From NCBI RefSeq assembly GCF_963921235.1, contig NC_086097.1:10168001-10232000 (forward strand): a stretch of 64,000 bases of DNA, given 5' to 3'. Origin of the DNA: Mobula hypostoma (taxonomy: Eukaryota). Position 1 is the stretch's first letter. Each line of letters opens with the position of its first letter. Positions 48,163-60,785 of the stretch are shown one piece after another. A program made the translations under genes and the position numbers. The notes beneath the pieces were generated by a model, which was not told the origin of the DNA, did no database searches, and was given only the letters and a program-made list of their open reading frames with translations.

Positions 48163-49429
48163 CTCTAGCAGAGTGCACAATGATCGTGTGATTTGCAACA
48201 AGAAAAATACTGTTTTGGCATTTAATTTGGTAATTGCAAGCTTCAGTTCACTCAGCATTATTTACTTTGGTCTTATTTCACGTCCTTGTAAATTCTCAGC
48301 TCGAGCTTGAAATTTTTTGCATTGCTTTGGCTCAGAAGCAGGAATGGCTACTTGGAGTTGCAGGCTTCAGATGTTTCAGAAAGGACAGGGAGGAAAGCAA
48401 AAGAGGTAAATGGCTGTGAACTGACTCAGGCCTGATAACAGTAGAAGTGCAGAAGTATCAGATTTTCCTGTCACGACGTTCTACAAGATCTAAGGGATGT
48501 TGCTTGGCCATTCATAGTTTGAATTCATATAAGTGGAATTTATGGAAGGAAAAGAGGCAAGGTATTGCACTAAGGTCTCAGGTATAGGATCCTGCTGAGA
48601 CTTATCTTTGCTCTCATGCTTCAGTGGGCTTCTCAGTCCATTCTCACCTAACTTCTCCATAGTTACACCTTTAGAACCATTACCTCCTCCAGACAAGCTA
48701 TTTCTTCTGGTGATTGACTTCAGAGTAAGTTGATTCTTCTGATCAGTAATTAAATTATTATGTTAAGTTCTCCAGTGCTTTCAACACTTTTAGTTAATCT
48801 TAACATTCTCCATTTTAAGGAAGGTAACTGTGGTTTGCTGTTGTTTTCCTTTCCGTTAAAAGTCCTTTACTGATATGAATCTGGTAAATTGCCTGTTCAA
48901 CATTCTCTGCCACAGGCCATCTGCTTAATAAGACAGTTAGTCTACAAACCACATTTTATCACTCCAAAATCAACAGAAGATTTTCAATTGATCTTATAAA
49001 GAAAGTCTGGACATCCATAACTCTGAGCTGAGCTTGTAACACAGTTATAATTTCTTCTGAATCTCTCTGGACTATCTGAATGTTCAGGAGGCTCTCAAAG
49101 TCCTGAAGTCTACCAAACAGAATTAACAGACTGTCTCTGGTACTCGTTCAGGCTAGCTATTTCATCCGGTGAAAGCACTTTTCCTCATGCTCCTTCCCAC
49201 AATTCCATCAGATGTAATAAACTTAGCTTTCACACAGATCCTAAGAACCTTTTACTTTTGTGTTGGCCCTTATAACCTATACACCTCAATGAAGATGATT
49301 ACACCTCAGTCAGACCTATAGGCTGCACAGCTACTCAGGTCCATCGGTGAGGTTTGCGACAGGATGCATGCAGAGGAGATCTTGGCTCTCTGTAGATCTG
49401 GTGGCATATAACAGCCACTAATCTCAATT

Positions 49430-49752
49430 TCTTGGTGGCGGGTGGAGATATGTCTCTCCCAAAGGAGGTGTAAGGTGCTTCTTCATTCCAGTAACCTGCA
49501 GGTCACCCTTAGGCAAGGTGTAACACCTGCTTAGCCCCCAGATCAGAGTCATGGGAAGCCAGGTGGTGGATGGTCGTATGGGCAGCTGGTCTTATATCAC
49601 AAGTCCTGGTTATGTGATCACTGATGTCAGGCAGACAATCTCCAGAAGACACAGCCCAGAAGAAGGCAATAGCAAACCACTTCAGCAGAAAATTTGCCGA
49701 GAATAATCATGATTATAGAAGGTCCATGATTGCCCATGTCATACGACACACA
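49430..49752 (+). mobile_element. RTE/BovB-tail-related SINE-like repeat
   Basis: 3' part agaaggcaatagcaaaccacttc...ttgccgagaataatcatg resembles the Bov-A/RTE segment (ggcaatggcaacccactccagtattcttgcc). Confidence 0.5.
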
Positions 49753-49899
49753 AACTCTCCAAGGGAGAGACAGGATTCCAGTAATGATGAAGAAGCCACA
49801 AGATTGTCAATTCTCTCTTGGTCTGAAACAAGTTAAATGTTGCAATGTTGATTAGAACTCTAATTGCTTATTGCCATTTTATCTGGAAATGATTCTCAT

Positions 49900-50280
49900 A
49901 AGAGTTATAGAAAATGACTGCACAGAAACAGGCCCTATGGCCCATCTAGTCCATGTCAAACCATCCTAACTGCCTATTCCCATCAACCTGGACCAGGACC
50001 ATAGCCCTCCATACCCTTACCATCCATTTACCCATCGAAACTTCTCTGAAGTGTTGAAATCTAGTTTGCATGCACCACTTGCACCAGCAGCTCATTCCAA
50101 ACTCTCGCAGCCCTCTGAGTGAAGAAGTTTCCCCTCATGTTCCCCTTAGACTTTTCACCTTTCTTCCTTAACCCATGACCTCTGGTTGTAGTCCCATCCA
50201 ACCTCAGTGGAAATAGCCTGCTTGCATTTACCCTATCTGTACCCCTCATAAGTTTGTATAACTCTATGAAATCTCCTTCA
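49900..50280 (-). mobile_element. CR1 LINE 3' end
   Basis: ORF 50061-50288 (GDFIELYKLMRG...TTRGHGL...FFTQRAARVWNEL). Confidence 0.85.
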
Positions 50281-50690
50281 AAGTCCACTTCTCTCCTGGT
50301 TCTTCTGTTTTCATTGTCATTTCTCTCTTTTTAGCAGTCTTCAGACAGTGGTTAATAAGTTCTTAATGATACTCTCTTGTACTTACTTTTAATCACTGGA
50401 GGTGAAACCTATTTCTATTTCTATCATTTGCACTACTGCAGACACTTCTGTAAGAGTGACATACTCTGAATATAAAAAGTATTTGTTGACTAACTTCATT
50501 CTGGATATCTATACCTACATTCAGCCTTCACTGAATTCAGATGAGCTTTGATTAATCCTGGATGTACTTTTTATATTCCTTGGGTGTAACTGTTGCCAGA
50601 TCCCATGAGTAGCCTTCTATTTTATTGTTAACTTTGCACAGTGTAAACTCAATGAGTACACATAACATTACATCATTATTCTAAGGAGAT

Positions 50691-50954
50691 TTTTTCTTCA
50701 TTTAGCGTGTCGCAGCGGACAGTCAGCCAGTCTTGTCTGGCGTGTGGTGTCAGGATTGGTCTCCTTTCGGATTAACCGGGTCACGATATGAACGTTCCTG
50801 ACTCGACCCTTTTTTTTACGAGGCCGAGTGGCTAGCTCGACGCTCAACCCAGCACGGATGGAAAGCGTGCTCGGGGGGTGGCCCGACTTGGATTCGAACT
50901 CGGGAGCCTTCGCTCCTGAGTCCAGCGCTAATGCCATTGCGCCACCAGCCGGCC
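50691..50954 (-). mobile_element. Young, CpG-rich tRNA-derived SINE
   Basis: Minus strand GGCCGGCTGGTGGCGCAATGG (A box)...GAGTTCGAATCC (B box), then a non-tRNA body and A tail. Flanks ttctaaggagat (50679-50690) and ttctagagagat (50958-50969) form an imperfect TSD. Confidence 0.85.
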
Positions 50955-51462
50955 ACCTTCTAGAGAGATGAGATTGAATGATAGAAATAAGGAATGTGGA
51001 ATTTCATGGAAGTCGATTGAATCATTTGTTCAGGTAAGGCAGTGCATTGGAAATACGTGCAGTTTATATTTTGTGTTGCTGTTTTATTCTAAACTTGTCT
51101 GTACATTTTTCCACTGTCAGACATTTGTTTAAAAATTTCAATTCATAGGAAATGGACATTACGGTTCAGACCAGAGTTTAAGGAATATAGGGGGAAGAGA
51201 ATTAGAAGGGCAAAAAGAGATTATTAAATAATCTTGGCTGGTTAGATTCAGGAGAATCCTAAGTCATTCTATGTATATTATAGAGTAGATAAGGAAGAGT
51301 AGTTCCTCTGTAGGAACCAAGGAGTTTATATTCACCATATTATCTGAACTGAAGTTTTTTAAAATTCAGGACAGCTACTTAATGATAGCATCAAAAGTAT
51401 CAGCAGGCCATTTGGATTATCAGACCTATTCTGGTTTTCTGAAAGAGTTATCCGATTTGAGT

Positions 51463-52792
51463 CACAAACAGATGAAAGTCTGCAGATGCTGCAAATCTAC
51501 AGCAACACACACAAAGTGCTGGAGGAACTCAGCAGGTCAGATAGTATCCATGGAAAAGAATAAACAGTTGACATTTTGGGCTGAGACCCTTCATCAGGAC
51601 TGGGAAGGTCGGGGCAGAAGCTAGAATAAGAAGGTGGGGGTAGGGGGGAAGTAGTGCAAGCTGACAGGTGATAGGTGCCAGTCCTAATAGTATTTATTTA
51701 TTTATTTGAGATACGGCATGGAGTAGGCGTTTCCAGCCCTTGAAGCCATGCTGCCCCAGTAACCCCCGACAATTCTGATTTAACTCAGACCTAATCATTG
51801 GACAATTTACATAGATAGGTAGATAGATAGATATACTTTATTGATCCTGAGGGAAATTGGGTTTCGTTACAGCTGCACAAACCAAAAATAGAGCATAAAT
51901 ATAGCAATACAAAAACCACAAACAATGAAACAACAATATGCAAACTATGCCAGACGGAAGTAAGTCCAGGACCAGCCTATTGGCTCAGGGTGTCTGACCC
52001 TCCATGGGAAGAGCTGCAAAGTTCGATGGCCACAGGCAGGAACAACCTCCCGTGACACCCTATGTTGTATCTCGGTGGAATATGGCCGGAGTCCAACAGC
52101 AAAAAGTTCAATATCCGGTCTACAAACACGTTCCTCGATTGTAATATGACCAGGATTGCACCATCCATTGTTAACCAGAACAGTAAGCACCTAACTCCTT
52201 CATGTATCCCGCTCTCAGTGCACTTCCGGTCAGCCCGAATGCTCTGGAAGCCATCCATGGAAAAGTTTTGCTCGAGTATGTCCTTGTGCAGCCCTGTTCC
52301 AGTAAAACACATAACACTGCACTCCTGAAATGTTCTCTGACGCCTGGCTAGCGCCGTCAACTCGTCATTTTATTACCCACCAAACTCCTCTTCTCCATAA
52401 GTCTCTGTTGTCTCGACCCGGTCCTCTTTCCTCACCTTTGTGATCCCCCTCTGCATCCTCTGTGTGTTTTCCTCCAGATTTCAGCAGGGGTGTCCGCTGC
52501 TCTGTTCGCTAAACATTGACCAATTAAACAATCCGTTATGTCTTTGGACCGTTTGAAGAAACCAGATCACCTGGAGGAAACCTAGGCATTCCACGAGGAA
52601 GATATACAAAGACTCCTTACAGAGGACACCGGGATTGAACTGCAAACTCCAACACCCCAAGCTGTAAAGCATCATGCTAACCATAATGCTACCATAGTGC
52701 CCATGAAGGGTCTCGGTTCAAAACATTGACTATTTATACCTCTCCATTGATGCTTGCTGACTTGCTGAGTTCCTCCGGCATTTTGTGTGTGT
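51463..52792. mobile_element. Inverted pair of Penelope-like terminal fragments with a nested SINE and LINE
   Basis: Minus PLE ~51463-51678; plus PLE cagtcct (51679-51685) resumes as atgaagggtctcgg at 52703. A SINE (~51691-51811 plus ~52515-52702, minus) is split by a LINE derivative (~51812-52514). Confidence 0.8.
51812..52514 (-). mobile_element. Internally deleted LINE: endonuclease N-terminus joined to the 3' end
   Basis: ORF 51977-52360 (ECSVMCFTGT.LH...DGFQSIRADR, APE-like) and GLRPY abut a 3' end nearly identical to 63660-63740; (taga)n tail. Confidence 0.75.
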
Positions 52793-53344
52793 AAAATTGA
52801 GAGACCAGGCGAGACCTATGAGGTGGAAGGTGAGTGGGTGGGGGAGAGGCCACAAATCGAGAGAGTGTATGGAGAGAAGAGGTAAAGAGCTGCAGAAGAA
52901 GGAGTCAAATAGGAGATGACAGCATCCAATTATTGTATCTTTTCCTTCTTTAATCATGACAAAACACATTCCACATTGAACCTTCAATTAACTATCTTCT
53001 TTTTTTAATTAAAACATACATAATAAATGGCCTACAGGTCTTTTGAAATTATGTACATACTCTGATGGTTAGGACTTCAAAACTTTACAATTAATTATAT
53101 GCTGAGTTTCCAAACTGATTCTGAAAATGAGAGGGCTTATTTTTGACAACTGGTCAGCAGAACCACTTGCTTACTCAGCAGGGATCTTATCCACCTGATT
53201 TTAATTACTCCTGTAATTATGTTGGCTAGGAACAATGTGATGTGACTTCTGAAACCCTCAACCAGAGCTTATCTGTTTCTAGGAATGACGATCCTAACTC
53301 TCTCCTGTCTGACCACTCTCACTCTACTCTAAATGTACCTAAGG

Positions 53345-54050
53345 CTAAGCTTTCCCATAGCATCTACAAATTCGCTGTTGACACCACTGTTGTTGGCAGG
53401 ATCATGGATGATCACAAGGAGGCATATACAGGAGTGAGCTCGGTCAGCTGGTTGAGTGGCATCAACCTTGAAGTCAACATCAACAAATCTAAGGAACTGA
53501 TAGTGGGCTTTCGGACGAGGAAATCAGCCAATGCTCATTGATGGGTTGGTGGTGAAAAGGACGGCAGCTACAAATTCCCTGGTGTCAACATCTTGGAGGA
53601 GCTATCCTGAGTCCAGCATATAGGAACAGCCATGAAGAATGTCCCAATGTCTCTACTTTTTAGAGGATTAAGGAGATCCATGTCATCAAAGACTCTGACA
53701 AACTTCTACAGATATCCAATAGAAAACGTTCAGACGTGTTGCCTCAAGGCCTAGTGCGCAAACTCCCATCCACAAGAATGCAACGGACTGCAGAAAGTCT
53801 CACACTCGTCCTGTTCCAGCATGGGTTAAGCTCTCCCCACTCTCAAGGACATCTACAAAAGGGATTTCTGGTAGGTGACATTAATGTTTAAGGACCTTAC
53901 CATCTAAGCTACACCCTCTTCCCGATGTTGCCATCAAATAAGAGATACATGAACCTGAAGACCCACACTTCATGCTCACCAACAGCTTCTTCCCCACTGC
54001 CATTAGGACCTCGAACTGACCTGTAAAATAAAACTCTAATACTACTTTGT
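53345..54050 (+). mobile_element. Rex1-like LINE RT fragment, old
   Basis: IYKFAVDTTVVGRI...NLEVNINKSKELIVGFR in ORF 53242-53541. Confidence 0.75.
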
Positions 54051-54151
54051 ACTATTTCATTCTCCATCTCTCAACGTGCACTGATGTCATTATGTTTTTT
54101 CAGTTCATTCTGTCATGTGGGTTATGATGAAATTATGTTAATGAGATAATG

Positions 54152-54720
54152 AGATGAGGCCTCCATTGGTCAGGGTCAACCATAGTTATTGCATCCTAGC
54201 CGTCCAGATACGCAAGCCAGTACAGTACAACATGGAGAGCAAGCTGTTGCCCATGTAACACGCTCTGCCTCCCCATGCATCTGATGAACCCAAAGGAATG
54301 TCAGAGAACAATATAGTTTGATATCAGCAGTGTTGCAGGAGGTACCAGTCAGCATTGAACTCAACATACCTTAGACTTCAGCTCTGGATTTTTTACTCTG
54401 GGTTTACTCTCGAAGCCTTCCCCATGTTTGGGTATAGCCTCAACACAATCAAGGTTTGAGAATGAGTTTTCCTTCTCCTAGATGAGCTGCCAAACATGGT
54501 AGATGAGCCGCATTGGGCTGATGTGAGTGGCTTTAAGGTGCCAGTAACCCGCCTTTGCCCCTGCTTCTGTCAGTAGAAATGACTCTGCCAGGCTTAGTAG
54601 CTAAGTCACATGTGAAGGCCAGGAGCTGGACTCAGTTGTCAGAGGCTATTTGAGTCACATACCATTGGGAGCAATTGGTAGTGGGAGTTTACCCCCAGTG
54701 TTACTCCAGGCTATAACAAT
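54152..54720 (-). mobile_element. Interspersed repeat, probably RTE-related
   Basis: Shares a segment with 15870-16160; ttccttctcctagatgagctgcc motif. Recognition only. Confidence 0.35.
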
Positions 54721-57009
54721 ATCTGGAACTGAGTTAGTCACACCCTAGCTTGCACAGTACCTGACCATACATCATCTCTCCGATTGCTGGGCTACATTAA
54801 TCAAGGCATTTTCCCTTCTTAAGTTTATCCCAAATTGCTGATGTTCTGAGATTTCTTCAAAGCTGGCCTCCTAAACACATCTCCATATAATGATCATGCC
54901 TTATTTACCTAAACTCTGCAATTCCACCTCATTTCCTATCTGGGTAATTTAAGATGCTTCTTAAAATCCACCATCACCTCTTTGACCTATAATTTTATTC
55001 ACCTCCCCAAAACGTAGTATAACATTTTGTTTGTTAAATGTACAGTAAACTATTTTGGATGATTTATTTTGCTAAGCTATAATTTATTGCATCATTTGGA
55101 AAGCAAGGCAATGATGTATAAATCTTGTCTGGGCATTGAGCAACTTTTTTTCAAGATTCCAACCTACCAATTTTGCCAGCTTTGGAAAGATTGGCTATTA
55201 AACTGGCATGTTTGAGTATTTTATTCAACAGAGATTAAGAGGCAATCAGAAATTGATCTCTCTCACCTAAAATGAATTATCTTGACACAGGGGTTGCACA
55301 GCAAGCAGCTGCCTGTGGTTGTGAGACATAGTCAGGCAGAATGAACTTTACCTCTTAAAGGCTGATATTTACAAACGGTCTCACAAATTGATTGCTGATA
55401 GATATAAAACCATATTTACACAAAAAGAAAATCAAGAAAAAATAATTGTGGCTTTGTAATGGGTTCAGCTGTGTTTCCGGGATATGGCAGTTCTTGTAAT
55501 TGATTTAAAGTTCTGAAACTAACTATCAGCTACCATAGAGAGGAATTGAATAGAATATTTCAACAAAGATTTAACCTCTTTGACTGTGGTTTAAATGGGG
55601 ACAATTGTCAGCAAATTGACAAGGCTTTTGTGGTGTAATAGCATATCTGGAGGTAAAGTATTCTGAACTAGTTTAATCATTAAAGTTTTCATGTTGGAAA
55701 TGACAAATCTAAAAAGGGAAACAAAATTCACAGAAAAAAATGTGATGATTTCTGTATGGATTAATTCTCAAGTCATTTTCAATCACAGTTTGGATTTTTG
55801 TAACATGTTCAAGGATTTTTTTTTAAGATGAGAAAGAAATGATTTAAAGAACATCGTAGTACAGGAATGAATTAGAGGTGAAAGAAATTCCATCTTTCAA
55901 TGTGGGTTAGTTGAATTTGCAATTTTAAAATCACAGAGCAATTAAGCAAAAGATACCTAAGAGGGCAATATTATATAAATGGGTATAAAATGATAAATTC
56001 TGGGCCAAGAACACTTCACATATAGGAAGAGACATGCTTAATCAGGAAGGGACATGATTAACTAGAAGGCAATGTTAATTCAGACCAATACGGATGAAAG
56101 ACAGATTAAATACTGTAGATTTTGTGAGACAACAGAACCTTGGTGGAAATGCAAGCTTGTAATGTATTTAGAATGGTATTTGTTCAGTATGTTATGATGA
56201 TCAGAATTGGAATAAAAATCAGATTTAATATCACTGTCAAAAGGCATGAATTTTTTTTTTGCAGCAGTACTATACAATATAAAATAAAAGAACTGCAAAT
56301 TACAATAAGAAATATATATATATATCAATTATATATATCTATATTATAATAATTTAAGAATAAGAAAGCCAAAAATAAAAAAAAAGTAGTGATGTAATGT
56401 GCGTGGATTAAATGTCTATTTAGAAATCTGATGGTAGTAGGAAGAAGCTGTTCCTAAAATGCTGAGTGTGTGTGTCTCCTGTACTTCCTCACTGTGTGAT
56501 CACTTTTTGGTACAAGTGCTCTGTGAGGCATGGACTGAGAGAAGGAAGGGGGCAGAGAGAGGTGAATCATGGTTGGGGAAAGGGGAATGGAGAGGGGAGG
56601 GAGCTGGAAGCACGAGAGAGTCATTCTATAATGATCAATAAACCAATTATTTGGAATCAAGTGCCTTTGTCAACAGCCCCCTCCTGCCTCCAGGCACTTC
56701 TTTTCTGCCAAGTGTCCCACAGCCTTCTCACGGTGCTCCATCCACACCATTACCAACATTCTTTGCTGACAGCAGATTCACAAACTCACTCTGCATTCCA
56801 CGTTGACAAAGTCTTAGGCACCCTTGCTGTAGGTGTGTGTGTGTATATACAGTATATATAGGTGTGTGCCTCAGACTTCTGCACGGTACTGTACCTAAAA
56901 GTAAATAGAGATATTTATGACACAGTAGAACATCATTTGCCCCATGTGGCCAGATTAACTGTAGAATAGCAATCTCAACTATCTCAATGTAAATTAACAA
57001 CATTGAAAA

Positions 57010-57390
57010 GGCTTTGGACAGACACCAAGACCCCTCACACCCTCTCCATGAACTGTTTGTTCTTCTGCCATCAGGCAGACGTTACAGGAGCATCAAAACT
57101 AAAACCACAAGGCTACTAAACAGCTTCCTCCCACAGGCAGTCAGACTGCTAAATAGCTGCTCTACCTGACTCTGCTTTGGACACTTTTAACTTGCACTGG
57201 ACACTTATAACTTGATTTTAACTGACATGTGGCTGTTGTGTTTTACTATTTATTGTTATGTTTATTATTTAGTGTTGCGTTTGTTATGTTATGATTGCAC
57301 TGCTCCTGAGAAACGCTGTCTCGTTCTACCCTGCAGAGCTGATGTACAGTTAGAATGACAATGAAGTTTTTTGAATCTTGAATCTTGAAT
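57010..57390 (+). mobile_element. Rex1-like LINE 3' end
   Basis: DPSHPLHELFVLLPSGRRYRSIKTKTTRLLNSFLPQAVRLLN; (aatcttg)n tail. Confidence 0.85.
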
Positions 57391-57564
57391 GATCACGGCA
57401 TGGAATTAAAGCAAGTGATTAGGATCAACAAAGGTAGGCAAACTGATTGGCATAGATGTGTTGGGCTAACGGCTCTGTTTCTATCAAGTCCCACTCTATG
57501 ACCCTTGGCCTGTAGCATTTATAAGACCATTCCTTCATGCAGTGAAATCTAGTCCTTAATAATG

Positions 57565-57915
57565 ATCCCAGGAAAGAAAAGATTAATGTGTTAAGAGCTC
57601 TGGGTCTGTACTCAATGGAATTTAGAAGAATGAACAGGGATTTCATTGAAATCAACCCAACTCTCTCGGCCTAGACATGGAAATGATATGTCAAAGAGTG
57701 GATGATTCTAGGACTTCAGGGCACAGTCTCACAATAGAAGGATGTCCCTTTAGAACAGAGATGAGGATGAATTTCTTTAGCCAGAAGGTGGTGAACCTGT
57801 GGAACTTATTGCCAAAGACAGCTGTAGAGGCCAAGTCATTGAGTACACTTAAAGCAGAGTTTGATAATGTTCTTGATTAGTAAGGGCATCAAAGGTTGCA
57901 GGGAGAAAGCAGGGA
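57565..57915 (+). mobile_element. CR1 LINE 3' fragment
   Basis: ORF 57677-57880 (RTSGHSL...FFSQKVVNLWNLLP). Confidence 0.8.
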
Positions 57916-58287
57916 ATTCAAAATGCTGGAGGAACTCAGCAGGTCAGACTGCTTCTATAGAAAGGAATAAAGAGTCAACATTTCAGGCTGAGACATATAA
58001 TATGGTGTAATATATAAATACTTGAATCATTGAAGGCCCACAATTCATTCTTTTACCGCTGCGCTTACCTAGTGTGGTTGAATGATTCCCAGTGACCTTG
58101 AGGCTCCATTGTTGCATCCAGACTGTGAAGTTACATGTGACACCCTCGGCCTCAGGTAGCAGACCTGAAGACGTTATTCCAGACCACCCTAATGGTCTTT
58201 TGCCATCTGCTAATAACAGGAGGCACTTAAAAACGGCATGTAATGAACTGAGTAAAAAATATATCAAATTATTTAATTGGAGTTGTA

Positions 58288-58962
58288 AGATCATGAGACA
58301 TAGGAGCCAATTAGGCCATTTGGCCCATCCATTCTGTTCCACCATTCCATGATGCTGATTTATTATCCCTCTTCACCCCATTCACCTTCCTACTCTCTAT
58401 AACCTTTGATACCCAGATTAATCAAGAACCTATCAATCTCTATTTTAAATATAACCAACAACTTGGCTCTACAGCTGTTAGTGGCAATGAATTCCACAAA
58501 TTCACTAACTCTCCTTAAAGAAATTCCTCTGTTCAAAATAGATGTCCCTCTATTCTGAGGCTGTGAGTCCTAGACTCACCCACTAGAAGAAATATACTCC
58601 CCACAGCCACTTGATCTAGACTTTTCACTATTCAATAGGATTCAATAAGATTCTCCCCCTACCCCCACATTCTTCTAAGCTACAGCAAGTGCGGGCCAAG
58701 AGATACCAAATGCTCTTCGTACATTAATCCTTCCATTCCTTGATTTCTTCTCCTGAACTTCCTTTATAAGCACATCCTTTCTTCAATAAGGGGCCCAAAA
58801 CTCCAAGTGTAGTCTGATCGTTGCCTTATAAAGCGTCAGCATTACATCCTTGCTTTTACATTCCCGTCCTTTCAAAATGAATGCTAACATTGCATTTGCC
58901 TTCCTCACCACTGATTCAACCTGCAAGTTAACCTTTATCAAATCCTGTGCGAGGACTCCCAA
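58288..58962 (-). mobile_element. CR1 LINE 3' fragment
   Basis: ORF 58783-58992 (VRKANAMLAFI...LYKATIRLHLEFWAPY) and CR1 3' UTR. Confidence 0.8.
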
Positions 58963-59982
58963 AGTGAAAGTGAAATAAAGAAAAGGATTCACTTAGCTTT
59001 TAATGTGTAATGATCCCGTTCAGGTGAATTGGGCTGTGCTATATATCCCATTTATGGATGATGTTATGCTGAGAGGCTAAGTATGAAATGAGAGTTCAGG
59101 TGCATTAACATATATCCTCCAATTATTCAGTACGTACCAGCTGTAATACTTGGTGATGGAAAAAATAAATGTGCTCACCTCCAGGAAACAATTGATGCTC
59201 TCTTCTGAGCCACCATCCAGAGGAGAATGCGATTTGACCCAAGGCATTGAAATTTTGAACAGGGAAATATCTGAATGTTTTTGCAATTTAGCATGGTTCA
59301 GCACTTGGAATTATGATGTTATTGTAATCACAGAAATGTGGTTGAGGGAAAGGCAGAACTGGCAGTTTAATCTTCTCGGCTGTCCAAGTTGCAGGCACGA
59401 CAGAGGGGAATACAGAATTGGAGGGGATGTCTACTGGTTACGGAAAACATAACAGCAGTCCTTAGAGATGCAATCCTAGAGGATACTTGGACAGAGACTT
59501 ACAGGCTAAATCAAGGTGGCTGAATTCAGTGTATCCAGGTAGCAGAATCCATTGTTCAGCTGGAGATTTAAGTGCAATGCCAGATAGAAATGGTCAGGGT
59601 GATGAGGCCCAAGGTGAGGTATTGGCCAGTTCAGATCGCTGCTCCATGAGACGTTTACAGTGCTGAACTATGGGACTCTCTTTGCAGACTTCGGTTCAGA
59701 AACACTATTTGGTTGCAGATACCATTTGCATGATGTTTGTTTTTCATTGCGCATTGGGTATTAGACAGTCTTTACATATACTTTATTTATATATATGGAT
59801 TTTTTTTTTCGGGCGTCTTTGTTTTGTGGCTGCCTATTAGGAGACAAATCTCAGGGTTGTTTAATGTATACATACTTTAATAATAAAGGTAATTGAACTT
59901 TGTCCATTGGTAGAGCTTAAGATAAAATAGAAGAATGATCATTTTGTTACTATAGTAAGAGGAATTAGAGGAACTAATATAG

Positions 59983-60333
59983 AGTCACAGCGTCATAGAA
60001 CACTGAAGCACAGAAACAGACCCCTTGGCCCACCTAGTCCACGCTGAACTATTAATCTGCCTAGTTCGATCAATTTGCACCTGGAGCATAGCCATTCATC
60101 CCCTCCCATCCATGTATTTACCCAAATTTCTCTTAAATGTAGTCAAATGAGTGTCCACCAGTTGCACTGGCAGCTTGTTCCACACTCTCACTAACCTCTG
60201 AATGATGAAATTCCCTCTCAGGTTCCCCTTAAACATTTCACCTTTCACCCTTAACCCATGACCTCTAGTTGTAGACTCATGCAACCACAGTGGGAAAATG
60301 CGTGCTTGCATTTCCCCTATCTATACCCCTCAT
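59983..60333 (-). mobile_element. CR1 LINE 3' end
   Basis: ORF 60096-60311 (TTRGHGLRVKG...QRLVRVWNKLP). Confidence 0.8.
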
Positions 60334-60785
60334 GTAAGCATATTGCAGAATTGTGTAAGAGTAATAAAGTTATGGTAATGAGGTTTTTTAAGTACCAAAT
60401 ATTGATTAGTGCAAGGGGTTTGGATAAATAAATAAAGTTCATCCAAGGAAAGAACAATATGTTGAGAGTTTAACAAGAGAGAGGCAGTTCTTGACCTTGT
60501 CTTTGAAAATGAAATTGGATGTCTGGTAGATAACTAGAACATATAGAGTATCAGTCAAATACAACCACACAGAATATACATATATATATAGTCCAGGCTC
60601 CTCAGCAATGTTCCCTCTAATTTTTAGTAGTCAGTGTACACAAAAATCTTATGTTGTACTATTTTTTTTCCTGTGACAGAAGTATATGAGCGCTGAATGC
60701 ACATGTGGGACAGTTTATGTAGGCTTACAAAATATTTGACACAAAACTGCACAGAATAACAACAAAATAACACACATATTTAAAT

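Noticed and set aside
48490..49190. Short minus-strand ORFs in non-repeat-looking sequence
   Set aside because: They are interrupted by stops, with no recognisable motif or consistent splice pattern.
50880..50954. tRNA gene
   Set aside because: A and B boxes are present, but I could not build a convincing cloverleaf, and it continues into a SINE body with tail and TSD.
56460..56800. LTR-like segment with AATAAA
   Set aside because: It looks repetitive, but I could not define termini or a TSD, so the class cannot be supported.
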